From NCBI GenBank assembly GCA_009103225.1, contig RHPI01000585.1:124001-188000 (forward strand): a stretch of 64,000 nt of DNA, in the 5' to 3' direction. The DNA is from Chlorokybus atmophyticus (Eukaryota; Plantae; Mesostigma and Chlorokybus algae). The notes under the pieces were generated by a model, which ran no database searches, had not been told where the DNA came from, and saw nothing but the letters and a program-made list of their open reading frames with translations. Positions 60,960 to 64,000 of this stretch are shown here, piece after piece (positions within the stretch are counted from its first letter, which is position 1; each line of letters begins with the position of its first letter). A program made the position numbers and the translations under genes.

Positions 60960-62315
60960 AACCATAAGCCACACCATGCTATTCTGGTCCATGGCTTGTC
61001 CTAGCAGCACTCGGCGCTGTTGTTCACTCAGTCCTGGCGCCGCTGTTGCACCGGACAAGAACCCCATCGCACGCTCACCAGCTGTTGGCTCTTCCAACCT
61101 GCTGTTTCGTAAGTCCCACACCAGCCCTGGCCCTCCCTTGCGTTATGCATAAGAGCATGGGTATGTTACCAATGTCGGCAACGCCGCCATGTCGTGCCCA
61201 ACCTGGTTCACCACCTCCTGAGGCGGCCGATTAGCCTTGCTGACCTGTTGTGCTGTGCGCCCATGCTCCAGCACTTGGTTGACTGTCAAACCTTGCGGTC
61301 TAGAGTACTCTTGCTGCACCGTGCGAAGCAACTCAATCGGCGCGAGGTTTGTCCACTTCACACGCAGCGGATGCGCGCGCGAACCATGCCGTGCGGCATC
61401 CATGATTAGCTCATGACCTAGCACATGTCTCACCAGCTGATAGTCCTCTCGCACGCGCTTGCGCTTGTCGTCTTCAGCTGGTACGTTCTCAATGATGTAC
61501 GCCATGGGCTGCTCTTGGCCTTGCTGAATCATGGCAATGACGCGCACCAACTCCCAAAACAATGACGAGCGCGTACCCATCAATCCCTTGCCATGACCAG
61601 CCCGTGAATGCCCTTGGCATTCCCACCCCGCTACAAGCAAATCCACATGGCTGGTTGGCGCGAGATGATGTGGCCCCACCAAGCAAATGTCTTGCGGCCA
61701 TGTGCTTTGAAAGCCCTTCACCGCACCCTCATGTAGCAGATCTGGATACTTCTTCAACAAAATCCTCACATGATGTTGTGCACCTTGTTGTGCCATTGGC
61801 GAAGGGTCCACATAGACGTAGCGCCGCACCTTGATGCCGGCATTTAACACGGCCGCAAGCCCACTTGCAATGCCACCAAACAGCTCCACCATCACGACAC
61901 CATCCTCGGGCACCTTCCACTCGATGGTGTTGTAGTTGATAGGGGGATGAACAGCTCTCACACCCTCGGGCAGCAACGGCGGCTCCAATGCCATCACATC
62001 CTTCATCCATGCTTGGCTAACCTTGTCTCGAGCCTCTTGTTGCCGCCAAGCACGGTGTTGTGCAGCCATTTCCAGCTCTTGCAACTGAGTTTGAGCCATA
62101 TAGACCAGCTCCGGAGGTCTCCCCTCCTCCATGTGCGTGGAGACACTCTCCCCCTCCTCCACATGGTCATAGTACATGTTGGTGCTGTCACCAAGCCATC
62201 CCTTGACTGAACAGCGACTCAAGCACGCCCAAACAGCAGATGCGGATGTTGGAGACCTCTCAACACCCCCTTGCGTGATGCTCAACGGAAAGTAGGCCTT
62301 CTCACCTCCTCCCAC
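60960..62315 (-). pseudogene. G2 C5 cytosine DNA methyltransferase domain (Dnmt3/phage-like), frameshift near 61140
   Basis: Motif I VELFGGIASG, II YVYVD, IV LLVAGWECQGHS, VI IIENV, VIII AARHGSRAHPLR, IX EPTAGERAMGF..GAT, X QRRVLLGQAMD. Confidence 0.88.
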
Positions 62316-62318
62316 ACG

Positions 62319-63983
62319 TCAACGCGGCCGAAAGAACCCTTGTTCGATCCAATTGTCAACGCCGCCGCCGACGGGGAACAAGAAGTCTTGTCCGAGCAGC
62401 ACATCATACCCCTTCGCATCCGTGATGAGGCATCGAACCTTGAAGGTCGTGGTAGCACCTCCCAACGCAGTCAAGCATATGTCCACCGGCTGCACCGTTA
62501 TGCCGCACACGGCCTCTACGGTTCCCGCCGAGGTATTGATCATGACCGGGCATGGCTCCCACTCCTTGGGGCTGAGTCCCATCCCTTTGACAGCTCTAGC
62601 ACCCAAAATGACAGGTTGGGCACCTGTATCCACCAAGACAACATCCGGCACGAAGCCATTTAGGCTGATGTGCCCCCCTCGGTTGTCCACCATCGCCACA
62701 TTTGGCGATATCTTTTCCCTCAAGGCCGGCCGAGTGGCGGGAAGCTGTGCCAACATCCCTCCTACACTCCCCACACCTTCCTCTAGCTTGTCTCCAAGCT
62801 GAGTGAGAGAACTCGACGCCGACGCCGACCCCTCCGACGCCGCCAGCTCCGTGCGCGCAGCCATATGGCCTGTTTGCGCCACCATATCTTCATGAGACTT
62901 GCTCACGTGATCATGAGACTTTGTCGAGGCAGTCCTTGTGGTGTCTAGAGCACTTTGCAACAGCTCCACCACGTGTTTCTTGCTGACTCTAAGGTCCTTC
63001 AAGCGAACAAGCGGCTGCCCGACCAGCTCCGCCGCAACGCTCTCCAACGGCGCCGTCAACCCCAAGTTTTCTTCATTGGCTTGAGTTGCGGGCTGTTGGG
63101 AAAGCATCTTGGCACCCTCAAGAAGCTTTACACACATTTGTAGCAGCTCCTCCACTCTCTTGTGCTCACCACCGCCACCGACGCCGACATCATGTTGCGC
63201 CGTTGCCGTAGCGGTCGGCTGCACTTTCGCACCCTCCGAGCGCGAACTCTCTTGCTCCAACGGGGTTGTTGGCAGCAACTTGAATGACATAGGCATGCGT
63301 GCAGCTGGTGCCCGCATCCTATCATGATCCACGCCCTCCTCGCGGACGGGCGCGGCCTCCTCCTCAACCATCCTAGTCGGGGGAGCTGGTGCAGCGTTTT
63401 TGCGTCCCGACGCTCTCGTCGTCGCAACCGCTGCCACCTTAGTGCCTTCGTGAAGCGCACTATACGCGAGGTAGCCTCCAGAGCTGCTTGCCTTATCCTC
63501 CGCTCCTCTCTCGGGCCATTTCCCTCGCTCGAGCATGCTCTTCAACGATGCATACTCCGATTGCATTGCCGCCAATGCCTTTGTCACCTCCGACATTGAT
63601 GGCTCCGCTCTCACACTCGAGTGAGCTCCGACTGCCCCTCCTTGTTGTGGACGCAGCTCCGGATGCTTACTCCAACACTTGGCATCGACATGCTCGCCCT
63701 TCTTGCAATGAGAGCACACCATCTTTTTGCCTTTCCCACAATTCCTTGCAATATGGCCTTGCTCGCCACACGACCAGCATTTGGCACCCGACACACCTTC
63801 CACAACCGCGTTGTTGGCGTGCTTGAACTCCTTTGGCTTCCCACCAGTTGCCTTGCTTGCCGCCGACGTCGCCGCGGGCTTGGAAGAGCTCTTCTCCTCC
63901 GAAATCTCAAGCAACTTCAACCCCCGACGCTGCCGGTCAATGTTCTTGAGGTACTCATGCTGAATTTCTGCCGTCTTGGCCAC
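62319..63983 (-). CDS. G2 gag C-terminal part with two CCHC knuckles, linker and aspartic protease
   Basis: CWSCGEQGHIARNC, CSHCKKGEHVDAKC, VLVDTGAQPVILG, YDVLLGQDF; the frame continues into the DNMT ORF past a single TGA; frame probably begins beyond the window end. Confidence 0.88.
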   Translation of the reverse strand: MAKTAEIQHEYLKNIDRQRRGLKLLEISEEKSSSKPAATSAASKATGGKPKEFKHANNAVVEGVSGAKCWSCGEQGHIARNCGKGKKMVCSHCKKGEHVDAKCWSKHPELRPQQGGAVGAHSSVRAEPSMSEVTKALAAMQSEYASLKSMLERGKWPERGAEDKASSSGGYLAYSALHEGTKVAAVATTRASGRKNAAPAPPTRMVEEEAAPVREEGVDHDRMRAPAARMPMSFKLLPTTPLEQESSRSEGAKVQPTATATAQHDVGVGGGGEHKRVEELLQMCVKLLEGAKMLSQQPATQANEENLGLTAPLESVAAELVGQPLVRLKDLRVSKKHVVELLQSALDTTRTASTKSHDHVSKSHEDMVAQTGHMAARTELAASEGSASASSSLTQLGDKLEEGVGSVGGMLAQLPATRPALREKISPNVAMVDNRGGHISLNGFVPDVVLVDTGAQPVILGARAVKGMGLSPKEWEPCPVMINTSAGTVEAVCGITVQPVDICLTALGGATTTFKVRCLITDAKGYDVLLGQDFLFPVGGGVDNWIEQGFFRPR

Positions 63984-64000
63984 CTTGAAGACATCCGCAA

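Larger units (their letters stand above)
56524..64000 (-). mobile_element. Ty3/Gypsy LTR retrotransposon with C5 DNA-methyltransferase and PHD finger (element G2); 5' end outside the window
   Basis: Minus-strand order gag (CCHC x2) - protease - DNMT - RT - RNase H - integrase - PHD - PPT (AGGGGGTGG) - TG; only a few stops/frameshifts. Confidence 0.93.

Noticed and set aside
1-64000. CRISPR arrays, rRNA genes, intact tRNA genes, telomeric arrays
   Set aside because: None seen; the only tRNA-like sequence is the half-molecule in the TRIM

Overview
Eukaryotic, intron-rich DNA, most likely from a streptophyte (charophyte-grade) green alga. This is inferred from the RLK/Pelle kinase, Phi-like GSTs, FAX5/6-like TMEM14 and short GT-AG introns full of CA/TG repeats; the species cannot be named from sequence alone. 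Five host genes are reconstructable: a receptor-like kinase with two extracellular CHRD-like domains (minus), a HOOK-family coiled-coil protein (minus), a head-to-head TMEM14/FAX-like gene (plus) and two paralogous Phi-like GSTs (minus). The rest is mostly mobile DNA. It includes an apparently intact kangaroo/PAT-like DIRS retrotransposon (RT-RNaseH-adenine MTase, antisense tyrosine recombinase, split direct repeat). Two diverged Ty3/Gypsy elements carry a C5 DNA-methyltransferase domain between protease and RT and a PHD finger on the integrase, and both end in an odd repeat-spacer-repeat terminus. There is also a third Gypsy relic, a young 530-bp TRIM carrying a tRNA 3' half, an intron-containing Crypton-like (YR + GCR1_C) relic, a pogo-like transposase relic and nested foldback/MITE repeats. 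One assembly gap lies at 33759-34552. All domain calls come from motif recognition by eye; no searches were run, and many boundaries are approximate.
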